Assembly (NCBI GenBank): GCA_018652265.1
Contig: JABICL010000039.1
Coordinates: forward strand, 7,287-71,286
From: Candidatus Peribacteria bacterium
GTDB lineage: Bacteria > Patescibacteriota > Gracilibacteria > Peribacterales > Peribacteraceae
DNA: 64,000 bases
Direction of reading: 5' to 3'
The translations under genes and the position numbers were made by a program. Shown in pieces: positions 43,263 to 52,725 of the stretch. The stretch's first letter is position 1. Each line of letters starts with the position of its first letter. The notes beneath the pieces were generated by a model that was given only the letters and a program-made list of their open reading frames with translations, searched no databases and was not told the DNA's origin.

Positions 43263-43931
43263 ATGTTTACATATCCTCCTTTTATTATGATTCTTCGATC
43301 TGCAATCTTAGGCATCTCAATAGCAGCAGCACTTGTCATTGTAATGATTGCAATCCCTCAGAGGACTACAGAACCTGAGCTATCTGATTTTCAAAGTGAA
43401 CTCACAGAGAGTGATCTACCTCCAAGGCTTTTTCCTATGTTTGCACATGAAGAAGAGGGAGAAGTAGCTTTAAGAATAAGCAAAACACCAGAAAACAGAG
43501 ACACTGCACCTGGAAGCAGATTCACATGGCAGGTAGAGCTAGAAAACTTGGGATCAAAGGATTTGAAAAATCTAAAAGTAGAAGAAAGATACGATGCATC
43601 TAGAATTTCTATACTTGATGCACACGAAGGAGAAATTGAAGAAAATAAAATCTCTTGGGAGATAGACGAAATAGATTCTGGAAACGTATGGTTTGCACGT
43701 ATCGAAGCAGAGGTCCCTAATGATGCTGAGAACAATTCATTCTCCGTAACTTCATATGTATCTGGAGATATGATAAAAGAAATACCTAGTAGCTCTAGAA
43801 TGGCAACTAGCTCTGTGACTGTTGTGGATTTACCAGAGACAGGAGCAGATATGAGTACGCTACTCGCTTTCTTGGTTGCATTGGCTATTGTTTCTCCAGC
43901 AGGAATAAAAACGTTTAGAAATCTATCTTAA
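43263..43931 (+). CDS. Cell-surface protein with C-terminal LPETG sorting signal
   Basis: 222 aa. N-terminal TM/signal, a DUF11/CARDB-like beta domain, then LPETG, a hydrophobic stretch and KTFRNLS. Confidence 0.7.
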   Translation: MFTYPPFIMILRSAILGISIAAALVIVMIAIPQRTTEPELSDFQSELTESDLPPRLFPMFAHEEEGEVALRISKTPENRDTAPGSRFTWQVELENLGSKDLKNLKVEERYDASRISILDAHEGEIEENKISWEIDEIDSGNVWFARIEAEVPNDAENNSFSVTSYVSGDMIKEIPSSSRMATSSVTVVDLPETGADMSTLLAFLVALAIVSPAGIKTFRNLS

Positions 43932-43966
43932 GTAGGATAAACATAGACTAAAGTACATCGGCTTGT

Positions 43967-44356
43967 TTATGCATGTCTTGAATCGTTTCTGGTAAGAAAA
44001 TCTGCAAAATCAAATGTTACAACTGCAATCCAGAAAAGAACTATTGCTAATCTAAATACCAATACATTTCCAATCATATAAATTAATAAAACATCCAAAG
44101 TAACAAAAAGCATGCCAATTACAAGTATCGAAAATAGTGTAGTTATATGCCCCCAAATAATCGCCTTACCCGATATAGCATCTTTGTATTTATAAACAAA
44201 ATTACTAGTAATTGGTGCAATTACAATCAAGCCAACAAAAAGCAAAAGAGTATCCAATTTATCATTTGGCATAAGAGCTACCTCCTTTGTAGCAAAGAAA
44301 TAAAATGGAACAAGTGCCGCATGTATTAGAATGTTTTTAATAATTAGAAGTTTCAT
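43967..44356 (-). CDS. Hypothetical integral membrane protein (4 TM)
   Basis: 129 aa, almost entirely hydrophobic helices. Confidence 0.45.
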   Translation of the reverse strand: MKLLIIKNILIHAALVPFYFFATKEVALMPNDKLDTLLLFVGLIVIAPITSNFVYKYKDAISGKAIIWGHITTLFSILVIGMLFVTLDVLLIYMIGNVLVFRLAIVLFWIAVVTFDFADFLTRNDSRHA

Positions 44357-44404
44357 GTTTCACAAGAAATATTAGTGTTTTCGCACTATTTATTCAATAG
44401 GGCC

Positions 44405-45163
44405 CTACTCATCGATGTAAACTCCAGCAGGATAGCCCGAAAGTCCTTCTGGAGGATTTCCAAGTTCTATATGCGCCCTTTTGCCATTACATTTATCAAC
44501 AAAATCTTCACCTTGCGTATTTCCAACATGATATACAAGAGGAACGAAGCCATCCCCATCTGGAACAGCTAATCTTTGGGTTGCTGAAAAACCTGTATCA
44601 TCATCCTGCAACTCAAAACTTATATTATCCACCATAATAGCACTAGGGCTTCTACTACTTAACTCAACGGCTCCATTTGCAGTAAGGCCAGGTCGATCTT
44701 TCTGTGTTTTAGAAAGCCGATTATAATCAGGTGTACCTGTATTATCTGTAATATTTAGAATGCTTGCCATCAGCTGTGTACGTAGCAATACAATTTTACC
44801 TACCAAGCTTTTGCAAGCTTTACATTCTTCGAGCAAATTTTTTATTTCTTCTCTTGTATATGCAACGCCTTTCTGCAAATTTAGAATTAAAAGATCACCA
44901 TGCAACCTAGGCCTATCCAAAGTATCTACATTTAAATGAGAAAGATTAGAATTGAATGCTGAAGGAGTCAGCAATGCAGTACCACTAAAAGTAAACATTC
45001 TAATCATTGCACTACGTTCAAAACTGCATTCTCCAGTATCAGGATTTATAAAAATAATTTTAGGCAAAACACTATCTTCGCCATTAAAGACTCGTTGATC
45101 CACTTCAGTTGGAATGCCATCGATTGAGAACCTATTTGGCGGAATGGTTAATTTCATTCGCAA
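44405..45163 (-). CDS. Hypothetical protein
   Basis: 252-aa ORF with only a faint cyclase/formamidase-like layout (GKIVLLRT...PGLT). Not assignable. Confidence 0.4.
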   Translation of the reverse strand: MRMKLTIPPNRFSIDGIPTEVDQRVFNGEDSVLPKIIFINPDTGECSFERSAMIRMFTFSGTALLTPSAFNSNLSHLNVDTLDRPRLHGDLLILNLQKGVAYTREEIKNLLEECKACKSLVGKIVLLRTQLMASILNITDNTGTPDYNRLSKTQKDRPGLTANGAVELSSRSPSAIMVDNISFELQDDDTGFSATQRLAVPDGDGFVPLVYHVGNTQGEDFVDKCNGKRAHIELGNPPEGLSGYPAGVYIDE

Positions 45164-45235
45164 AAATAGTATTTTGTAAAAGGAAAATATTATGTGACTT
45201 TTTATTATTTATGTCAAGCATAATGTACACCACAT

Positions 45236-45676
45236 TTAGGAACCATCCCCAACCTGCACCTTAGCAGGACGCACTACTTTGCCGTGTAGTTCGAATCCAT
45301 CCTGATGCACTTCTGTGACTATGTCCTTCTCGCCAGGTGCTGTATTTACTACTTCATGCTTAGATGGATCTATAGCACTCCCCATAGGAGTCATTTTTGT
45401 AAGTCCTGCATCTATAAATACTTTCTCTAGTTTTTCTAGAACCTGTTTAAATCCTTCATCGTGATCTACACCTCTAGACAAATCATCATACACAGGAAGC
45501 AAATTCAATATAAAAGGCACAGCTGCAAACTTTCTAAGCTCCTGCGCCTCTTTTTGCATTCTAGTCTTAAAGTTCTGCAAATCTGCCTGCGCACGCGCTG
45601 CTACTTCTTTGAAATTATCAGCTTCTTTCTCTTCTTCTTTGCCATCTTGTTTCTGATCTTTTGGGTCTGAAGTCAT
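45236..45676 (-). CDS. grpE: Nucleotide exchange factor GrpE (short)
   Basis: ARAQADLQNFKTRMQKE...LLPVYDDLSRG, then the C-terminal beta domain HEV...GF.LHGKVVRPAKV. Confidence 0.85.
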   Translation of the reverse strand: MTSDPKDQKQDGKEEEKEADNFKEVAARAQADLQNFKTRMQKEAQELRKFAAVPFILNLLPVYDDLSRGVDHDEGFKQVLEKLEKVFIDAGLTKMTPMGSAIDPSKHEVVNTAPGEKDIVTEVHQDGFELHGKVVRPAKVQVGDGS

Positions 45677-45767
45677 ATTTAATTACGGTTAAATTATGTC
45701 ACTATTCTAACCCGCAGTTTAGTAAACTCACTAATTTTCTTTGTTTTATATATACAAATCCAACGCA

Positions 45768-45823
45768 GCAAGCGTGCAGGCGGTATTTTGCGTAAGCTTT
45801 AAAGCTTAGCGAGCATGTGAGCG
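45768..45823 (+). repeat. Miniature family A derivative (two termini joined by a short loop)
   Basis: GCAAGCGTGCAGGCGGTATTTTGCGTAAG-CTTTAAAG-CTTAGCGAGCATGTGAGCG. Confidence 0.75.
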
Positions 45824-45869
45824 CCCTTCGACACGGCGATGCTGAAGCATCGCCTGCTCAGGATGACAT
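45824..45869 (-). repeat. B-related short element
   Basis: CCCTTCGACACGGCGATGC-TGAA-GCATCGCCTGCTCAGGATGACAT, with a perfect 8-bp hairpin. Confidence 0.75.
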
Positions 45870-45875
45870 ATACCC

Positions 45876-47162
45876 CTATTCACTAAGCCCCTTAACTATA
45901 TCTATGCTCCCATCTTCATTCTTTTTCTGATCCTTCTTCTTGGATCCAGAATCAGAAGGTTTTACGGTGAAATCTTCATTTACACCCTGCATTTTAGAAA
46001 TCACTTTCTTTACACAATCTAAAACCTCCAACTGGAAGTTTCCATATCCTTCGCGTCTAAATCCTGCAGCACGATTATGACCACCTCCTTCAAAGAGCTC
46101 AGAGGCTATAACACTCGCATCTTTTTCTTCGCTTGTCCTCATGCTGGCTTTTAATTTTCCTTCCTCAATCTCGGTAAACAGAATATATACATCGGCTCCA
46201 GGAATAGTAGTAAGAAGATCATCTATTATTCCATGAGTCTCTTTACTGGTTGCATCCATCTCGGCGAGGTCATCTCTACTTATAGTCGACCAAACTATGT
46301 GATCTTTTTTATTTACCTGAATGTTATTTAGAGCACGTCCCCAGATCTTCAGAGTGCTTAGTGGCTTTGTTTTATATATAAATTGAATGATCTCCTGCTG
46401 CCTTGCACCCATATCTAGAAGTTCTGCAGCAATTTCTAGAGATCTAGGCGTGGTATTTGGATTCTGGAAACTTCTGGTATCTGTTATAAGTCCTGTAAGT
46501 AAAAGTGTAGCTATATCTGATGTTATTTTTGCCTTCCATTCGCCTACAGACATAAACCATTCATACAAAACTTCTGTAGCACTGGCAGAAGAAGTAGATA
46601 GTAAATTACAAGTACCAAACTTAGAATTGCTAATATGATGATCTATGTTTAGGACAGGAACTTTATCGAACAAATCTTTATGTGTTTCATAAAAAGATCC
46701 AAGAAGTTTTACATCTGCAGTATCCACTACCACTACCAAATCATAGGGCAGGGGACCATCTTTTAGAGAAATATCGCTTTCTCTTAGATCTCCTTTCTTT
46801 GGAGTGATTATTATATTCACCCCATTTTCTTCTGGAACATATCTGAGCTTATCTACCTCAAATCCATTTGCACAATTTAATGTGATGATGAAATCTTTCT
46901 TGTAATCAATCTCTTGTTCTAGCTTATTAAATCCAGGTAAGAACGATAACGACTCAGGTAGTGTGTCTGGACATATCACAGTGCATTTTTTGTCCAAAGT
47001 AGTGAAAAGCATGTAGCAGGCAAGTGCAGAGCCAAGTCCATCAGGATCTACATTTGCATGAGGGACTATGAGTATATTTGTCGCCTCATCTATAGTTTTT
47101 TTGGCCTCTACTTGCGCTTTTTTAGTATTTAGCACGGGTTTTTTGATATCACTGGTTATCAT
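45876..47162 (-). CDS. DHH/DHHA1 phosphoesterase (NrnA-like), paralog 1
   Basis: 428 aa. HANVDPDGLGS, IDHHISN and GGGHNRAAGF motifs, plus a Lys-rich tail. Confidence 0.8.
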   Translation of the reverse strand: MITSDIKKPVLNTKKAQVEAKKTIDEATNILIVPHANVDPDGLGSALACYMLFTTLDKKCTVICPDTLPESLSFLPGFNKLEQEIDYKKDFIITLNCANGFEVDKLRYVPEENGVNIIITPKKGDLRESDISLKDGPLPYDLVVVVDTADVKLLGSFYETHKDLFDKVPVLNIDHHISNSKFGTCNLLSTSSASATEVLYEWFMSVGEWKAKITSDIATLLLTGLITDTRSFQNPNTTPRSLEIAAELLDMGARQQEIIQFIYKTKPLSTLKIWGRALNNIQVNKKDHIVWSTISRDDLAEMDATSKETHGIIDDLLTTIPGADVYILFTEIEEGKLKASMRTSEEKDASVIASELFEGGGHNRAAGFRREGYGNFQLEVLDCVKKVISKMQGVNEDFTVKPSDSGSKKKDQKKNEDGSIDIVKGLSE

Positions 47163-47268
47163 AGTATTATAACATATTTCTAGGATTCATGCAATTTAAG
47201 CCCAGGAAAGACCAGATTGTAGATATTTCAAGCAGAATTGCCAAGGGAATATGTGGTATAATTACTAG

Positions 47269-47631
47269 ATGCTGAAGACACTATTTATAGCAAAGGCACT
47301 GGTGCTAGATGCAATCCTGATTAAAAAGGCATTAGCTACATCTCCACCAAGTACCACACCTATGCAATTAGATGTTTGTTGGGGTGGAATACCTTGTATG
47401 ACTCTGAATGATATAACTATCACTTCTACCAATTCGATGTTCCTAGTAGCATTTTTTATAGGACTTGCGATCTTTATAGTTGGAGCATTTATGATGGTTA
47501 TTTCCGGTGGAAATGACACTCTTTTGCAATCTGCCAAAAGAGCAATGAAAGGCTCTCTTATAGGAGTTGCATTTGTAGCTGGAGCATATGGAATGTATAG
47601 AACAGTTGTGTACATATTCTATGTACTCTAA
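47269..47631 (+). CDS. Small two-TM protein, possibly T4SS-pilin-like (TrbC/VirB2-type)
   Basis: 120 aa. The pattern FLVAFFIGLAIFIVGAFMMVISGGNDTLLQSAKRAMKGSLIGVAFVAGAYGM resembles CPR 'T4SS pilin' ORFs. An extended -10 TGGTATAAT ends 6 nt before the ATG. The antisense ORF 47265..47615 is judged a shadow. Confidence 0.4.
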   Translation: MLKTLFIAKALVLDAILIKKALATSPPSTTPMQLDVCWGGIPCMTLNDITITSTNSMFLVAFFIGLAIFIVGAFMMVISGGNDTLLQSAKRAMKGSLIGVAFVAGAYGMYRTVVYIFYVL

Positions 47632-47711
47632 ACACTAACCAACAATCCGGATTACGCTGCAACACGTTACACGTTGTTAAACATACAAACAGAAAGTAAA
47701 ATTTCCCCCTT

Positions 47712-48728
47712 ATGTTGAATGTAAATCAAACATCACAATTACTTACGCAAATGGAAAATTCTAAGCGTATTGTGTGTGTTTGTCATGATAATCCAGATGG
47801 AGATGCAATTGGGTCTATGTTAGGCCTTTCATTGATACTAAAGGAAAATTTCAAAGATAAAGAAATAATTTCAGCATGCAAAGACCAAGCTCCTGCATCA
47901 TTTAAATTTATAAAGAGTGTTGAATCTATAAAAAACATAATAAATCCACAAAGCGGAGATCTATTCTTTTTCCTAGACTCTGCAGAACCAAAATTAATTA
48001 GCTTTCATGAAATTCATCCGTATCTATTCTCTCCTGAGACTACAAAAGAAAAAGGGATATCTACCATAAAAGCAGATCACCATCCTTCGGGTTCAGAATT
48101 TGGTCAGATTAATTTTCTAGATCCAGAGGCAGCATCTACATGTGAAATCGTTGTAGATATGATGGATGCAGTTGATTTCAAAATAAATACAGATGCAGCA
48201 ACCGCACTACTAACTGGAATATATACAGATACAGGAAGCATGATGCATAGTAATACTTCCCAGAGAGTATATAGAACATCTGCCAGACTTCTGCGCGCTG
48301 GAGCAGATCAAAAGAAGATAGTAGAAAATGTATACAGAACTACAAAGCCATCCTCTCTAAGATTATGGGGGAAAGTATTAGAAAAAATATCCATAACCCC
48401 AGAAGGAGGAGCTGTATCTGCTGTAACAATGTCTGATTTTAGAAGCACTGGATCTCATTTTTCGGAACTAAATGGAGCAATAGATTATCTAAATTCAATT
48501 CCTGGAATGAAGTTTTCTATGATCCTCTCCGAACGTGATGGAAAGGTAAAAGGATCACTCAGAACACTCAGAGAAGATGTCGATGTCTCTGCTATGGCAC
48601 AAAAATTCTCAGGAGGAGGACATAAAAAGGCTGCAGGATTTTCGCTAGATGGAACACTGGAAGAAGAGCGTAGGTGGAAAGTGGTGCCGGGCGATGCTTC
48701 AACACGCACTTCAACAAACTCAGGATAA
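47712..48728 (+). CDS. DHH/DHHA1 phosphoesterase (NrnA-like), paralog 2
   Basis: 338 aa. HDNPDGDAIGS, DHH and GGGHKKAAGF motifs. The last 11 codons are encoded by a B-like repeat. Confidence 0.8.
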   Translation: MLNVNQTSQLLTQMENSKRIVCVCHDNPDGDAIGSMLGLSLILKENFKDKEIISACKDQAPASFKFIKSVESIKNIINPQSGDLFFFLDSAEPKLISFHEIHPYLFSPETTKEKGISTIKADHHPSGSEFGQINFLDPEAASTCEIVVDMMDAVDFKINTDAATALLTGIYTDTGSMMHSNTSQRVYRTSARLLRAGADQKKIVENVYRTTKPSSLRLWGKVLEKISITPEGGAVSAVTMSDFRSTGSHFSELNGAIDYLNSIPGMKFSMILSERDGKVKGSLRTLREDVDVSAMAQKFSGGGHKKAAGFSLDGTLEEERRWKVVPGDASTRTSTNSG

Positions 48729-48742
48729 CAAAGTATGACATG
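48695..48742 (-). repeat. Degenerate B-like element overlapping the DHH paralog 2 stop
   Basis: ATGCTTCAACACGCACTTCAACAAACTCAGGATAACAAAGTATGACAT; compare ATGCTTCGACACGTACTTCG...CATGACAT. Confidence 0.6.
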
Positions 48743-48749
48743 ACAGGCA

Positions 48750-48855
48750 GCAAGCGTGCAGGCGGTATTTTGCGTAAGAAATCATTCTTGGGTACCAATA
48801 TATTATCAATCCCATGTTGATTTCGTCGCATATACCGCCTTAAGCACGCGAGCGG
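48750..48855 (+). repeat. Family A repeat, copy A5 (centre type 2)
   Basis: GCAAGCGTGCAGGCGGTATTTTGCGTAAGAAATCATTCTTGGGTACCAATATATTATCAATCCCATGTTGATTTCGTCGCATATACCGCCTTAAGCACGCGAGCGG. Confidence 0.9.
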
Positions 48856-48906
48856 GGTGCTTCTTGCTACTTTGGAGGTGATATCAAATAAGCTAATATA
48901 ATCAGG

Positions 48907-49779
48907 ATGTCTAAACACTCTGTCATCTTCTTCGGTACTCCAGAGTTTGCTTGCCCAACACTGCAGGCCCTAAATGATGATGGCAATTTCGAGGTATCAC
49001 TTGTAATTACTCAGCCAGATAAACCGGTGGGCAGAAAACAAGAAATCACTCCTCCTTCTGTAAAAGACTTAGCTATTGAACTCGGAATACCTGTATTTCA
49101 AACAGATGATATAAACAAAGACTTCGCAGAAATTCCAAGACATGTTTACAAGCCGCCAGATTTTCTAGTTGTAGTTGCATTTGGACAAATACTTTCGAAG
49201 GCAATTTTGAAAGTGCCAAAGGTTGCAGCTATAAACGTGCATGCATCTCTTCTTCCTAGATGGAGAGGGGCATCTCCTATACAAAACAGCATAATGAGTG
49301 GCGATGAAGAGACTGGGGCAACTGTACAAAGAATGGAAGAAGAATTTGATACTGGCCCTGTGCTTGCACAAAGCAAAACTAAAATTGAAAAATACGATAC
49401 AACTGCATCGCTTGGGAAAAGGCTTTCTGAAATTGGTGCAGATTTACTAACAAAAACAATCAAGAAGAATTTGCCAGAAAAGGAGCAAGATAAATCTGAA
49501 GCAACTTACTGCAAAAAACTTACACGAGAATCAGGAATAGTGAGCCCTTCAGAAATGACAGCAGAAGAAATAGATAGATATGTAAGAGCACTAGTCCCAT
49601 GGCCTGGAGTTACAATTTCTTCAAATGACAAAAAAATTAAACTTATAGAAACATCACTTTCGGATGCAACAGATTCTATTGAACTTAAATGTAAAGACGA
49701 CACAACATTAAACATAATTAAGCTACAAGCTCCAGGGAGGAATATTGTAAGCGGAAAAGAAGGAAAAAACTTAATCTGA
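48907..49779 (+). CDS. fmt: Methionyl-tRNA formyltransferase
   Basis: VIFFGTPEFA and HASLLPRWRGASPIQ motifs, short C-terminal domain. Confidence 0.9.
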   Translation: MSKHSVIFFGTPEFACPTLQALNDDGNFEVSLVITQPDKPVGRKQEITPPSVKDLAIELGIPVFQTDDINKDFAEIPRHVYKPPDFLVVVAFGQILSKAILKVPKVAAINVHASLLPRWRGASPIQNSIMSGDEETGATVQRMEEEFDTGPVLAQSKTKIEKYDTTASLGKRLSEIGADLLTKTIKKNLPEKEQDKSEATYCKKLTRESGIVSPSEMTAEEIDRYVRALVPWPGVTISSNDKKIKLIETSLSDATDSIELKCKDDTTLNIIKLQAPGRNIVSGKEGKNLI

Positions 49780-49849
49780 ACCATCTACTAAAAAAGTCAA
49801 ATCACGTTACGGGCTTAAACATGCGTAATATGGTAATATATTCAGACTA

Positions 49850-49885
49850 TTAGCACTTTTAGCAGTCTAAAACTGAGAGTGCTAA
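49850..49885 (+). promoter_or_regulatory. CIRCE (HrcA operator) upstream of clpC, with an extra upstream half-site
   Basis: TTAGCAGTC-N9-GAGTGCTAA at 49859-49885 matches the consensus TTAGCACTC-N9-GAGTGCTAA at 17/18. It is preceded directly by TTAGCACTT at 49850-49858. Confidence 0.7.
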
Positions 49886-49930
49886 AGTAAATATGAAACA
49901 CATAAGCATTTAATTCGTTTTAAACACATT

Positions 49931-52537
49931 ATGCACCCATTCGATCGATTCACTCCAAACGCAAAACTAGCTCTACAAATCGCAGAACAAGAAGCAAAAA
50001 ACATGAAGTCTGCATACATAGGTACAGAACATTTATTGCTTGGACTTCTTAGTATTCCAAAATCTCTAGGATTTTCTATCCTTACAGGAGCTGGAGTAAC
50101 TCAAGAAAATGTTCGCATACTTCTAAAGGCAAACAAGATAAAAGATATAGAAGGACAAAACACAAAGCATGGTCTTTCTGCATATTTACATGATGTAATA
50201 GAGCAGAGCGTACTTACTGCTCATAAGTTCAGACATCCAAATGTAGGAACTGAGCATTTGTTACATGCACTAGTAACCGGGGAAAAGAATGCAGCAACAC
50301 TGCTATTTGAAAGTATGCAGGTAGATCCTTCTGATCTTAAGCTTCATATAGAAGAGATGTTTGGTCAGATAAGTGAATTTAAGCAGCAAAATAAGAACCT
50401 CGAATACTCTCTGGAAAATTTCTTCCAAGGACTTCAGGGAGCCATTGCAGGAATGCAAGGACAAATGGTGGAACCTGATGCACTACAAAGAAAAAAACAA
50501 ACTGGAAAAAGTAAAACTCCAGTTCTGGATTACTTCACTACAGATCTAATAGAAAAAGCTGCTACTGGAGATCTAGATCCAATTATAGGAAGAGATACAG
50601 AAATAGAACGAATGATTCACATCCTGAATCGTAAGACCAAAAACAATCCTATCCTTATAGGAGAACCAGGAGTAGGTAAGACTGCAGTTGTAGAAGGTCT
50701 TGCTCAGAGAATTGCGAAGGAGAACGTTCCAGGATCTCTAATAGGAAAAAGAGTTCTTATGCTTAATCTAGGATCTGTAATCGCTGGGACAAAATACAGA
50801 GGAGAGTTTGAACAAAGATTCGATGACATCATAAAAGAAGCAGGGGAGAGCGAAGGAGAATTAATTCTATTTATAGATGAAATTCACACTATCGTAGGAG
50901 CTGGGTCTGCAGAAGGATCACTAGATGCTGCAAATATTCTTAAGCCCGCTCTAAGTCGTGGAACATTACAAGTAATAGGTGCAACTACTACAGACGAATA
51001 TAGAAAATCAGTAGAAAAAGATCGAGCACTAGAAAGAAGGTTCCAATCAATACTGCTTGAGGAGCCAAGCGTAGAAGACAGCATACAAATTCTGCAAGGA
51101 CTCAAAAAATCTTATGAAGAATTCCATCACCTTTCTATAAGCGATGAGGCTATTTCTTCTTCTGTTAAACTCAGCAAAAGATATCTAACCGAGAAATATC
51201 TGCCAGATAAAGCCATAGATCTTCTAGATGAAGCTTCTGCATGGAGAGGGATTGCATCATCAGATGGACAATCAAAGATCAAACAAATTAAGAAAGAGTT
51301 GGAAAAAATTGAATCTACAAAAATAGCTGCAGTAAAAGAGCAAAAATATCACAAAGCACTTGAGCTCAGACAAAAAGAAGAAGATTTACAAAAAAGAATG
51401 GTAGAACTGCGCGGCCAAGGAGATGGAGATATGAGAAGTCCTATAACAATTACCGAAGATGACATCACAGCCATAATTTCTAAGATGACAAACATTCCTG
51501 TTACAAAACTAATGAAGACAGAAACCAAGAGATTACAATCTTTGGAATCAGTTCTTCATAAGAAAGTAGTAGGACAAGAAGATGCAATTTCACATGTATC
51601 TAAGGCTATTCGAAGAAGTAGAGTAGGTATATCAAACGCCAAAAGACCTATAGGAACATTCCTGTTCCTAGGGCCTACCGGAGTAGGAAAAACAGAACTT
51701 GTAAAACAGATAGCTTCCGAGATTTTCAATCGTGAAGATGCACTTATAAAGATAGATATGTCTGAGTTTATGGAAAGACATAATGTCTCTCGTCTTACTG
51801 GAACTACAGCAGGTTATGTAGGCTATGAAGAAGGTGGACAGCTTACAGAATCAGTAAGGAGAAAACCTTATTCTGTGGTGCTATTTGATGAAATAGAAAA
51901 AGCTCATCCAGATTTCTTCAATATTCTTCTTCAGATAATGGAAGATGGATGCCTTACAGATGGACAAGGAAAGAAGGTTGATTTCACAAATACTATTATA
52001 ATTATGACCAGTAATATCGGAGCAGATAAGCTAACAAAGCAAGCTGCAAAGATAGGATTCAAAGTCGAAGATACTCAAGCAGAAGACAAAGAATATGAAG
52101 AAAAGAAAAAAGAAGTTTTGAAAGAACTAAAAGGACACATGCGACCTGAGTTCTTAAATCGTCTAGATCATATAATTGTCTTTAATGCGCTTAATCAGAA
52201 ACAGATAATGAAGATTGTAGATCTCCACATTGGAGAACTTGCCAATCGTCTAAAAGAGAAAGACTTAGGCATGGAAGTCGACAAAAAAGTTATTTCATTC
52301 CTAGCAAAGGAAGGATTTGATCCTGATTATGGAGCAAGGCCAGTTAGACGAGTCGTTCAAGAAAAAATAGAAGACGGTATAGCAGAAAATATGCTTAGTG
52401 GAGCTTTCAAGAAAGGAGATACCATAAAGGTAGTCATGCAAGGAAAAGATAAAATTGATTTCATGCATGCAGAAAAGAAGAAGACTCCTACTAGAAAACC
52501 TAGAAAGACTAGCAAGGCTGCTTCTACATCCGCATAG
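49931..52537 (+). CDS. clpC: Class I Clp/Hsp100 AAA+ chaperone, ClpC type
   Basis: 868 aa. Two Clp_N repeats, two AAA modules (GEPGVGKTA, GPTGVGKTE), a short UVR-like linker (KEQKYHKALELRQKEEDL), and an IGF ClpP-docking tripeptide (AAKIGFKV). Confidence 0.85.
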   Translation: MHPFDRFTPNAKLALQIAEQEAKNMKSAYIGTEHLLLGLLSIPKSLGFSILTGAGVTQENVRILLKANKIKDIEGQNTKHGLSAYLHDVIEQSVLTAHKFRHPNVGTEHLLHALVTGEKNAATLLFESMQVDPSDLKLHIEEMFGQISEFKQQNKNLEYSLENFFQGLQGAIAGMQGQMVEPDALQRKKQTGKSKTPVLDYFTTDLIEKAATGDLDPIIGRDTEIERMIHILNRKTKNNPILIGEPGVGKTAVVEGLAQRIAKENVPGSLIGKRVLMLNLGSVIAGTKYRGEFEQRFDDIIKEAGESEGELILFIDEIHTIVGAGSAEGSLDAANILKPALSRGTLQVIGATTTDEYRKSVEKDRALERRFQSILLEEPSVEDSIQILQGLKKSYEEFHHLSISDEAISSSVKLSKRYLTEKYLPDKAIDLLDEASAWRGIASSDGQSKIKQIKKELEKIESTKIAAVKEQKYHKALELRQKEEDLQKRMVELRGQGDGDMRSPITITEDDITAIISKMTNIPVTKLMKTETKRLQSLESVLHKKVVGQEDAISHVSKAIRRSRVGISNAKRPIGTFLFLGPTGVGKTELVKQIASEIFNREDALIKIDMSEFMERHNVSRLTGTTAGYVGYEEGGQLTESVRRKPYSVVLFDEIEKAHPDFFNILLQIMEDGCLTDGQGKKVDFTNTIIIMTSNIGADKLTKQAAKIGFKVEDTQAEDKEYEEKKKEVLKELKGHMRPEFLNRLDHIIVFNALNQKQIMKIVDLHIGELANRLKEKDLGMEVDKKVISFLAKEGFDPDYGARPVRRVVQEKIEDGIAENMLSGAFKKGDTIKVVMQGKDKIDFMHAEKKKTPTRKPRKTSKAASTSA

Positions 52538-52539
52538 GA

Positions 52540-52683
52540 CGCTCGCGTACGTACGATGGCATTATTGCGACGAAATCAGTGTAACTGAGTCAATTCCATC
52601 TGTATTCGAACTTGTATAGCTACATTTCTTGTTCTGTTGGTTACAATTGATTTCTTACGCAAAATGACCATCAGTACGCTCGC
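52540..52683 (-). repeat. Family A repeat, divergent copy A6
   Basis: CGCTCGCGTACGTACGATGGCATTATTGCGACGAAATCAG...CAATTGATTTCTTACGCAAAATGACCATCAGTACGCTCGC. The arms changed in a paired way (GATGGTCAT / ATGCCATC). Confidence 0.8.
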
Positions 52684-52692
52684 TAAAAATGT

Positions 52693-52725
52693 ATGTCATG
52701 CTTTTGTCATCCTGAGATTGTCGAA
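52693..52725 (+). repeat. Mini B-type element
   Basis: ATGTCATGCTTTTGTCATCCTGAGATTGTCGAA carries the B terminal motifs only. Confidence 0.6.
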
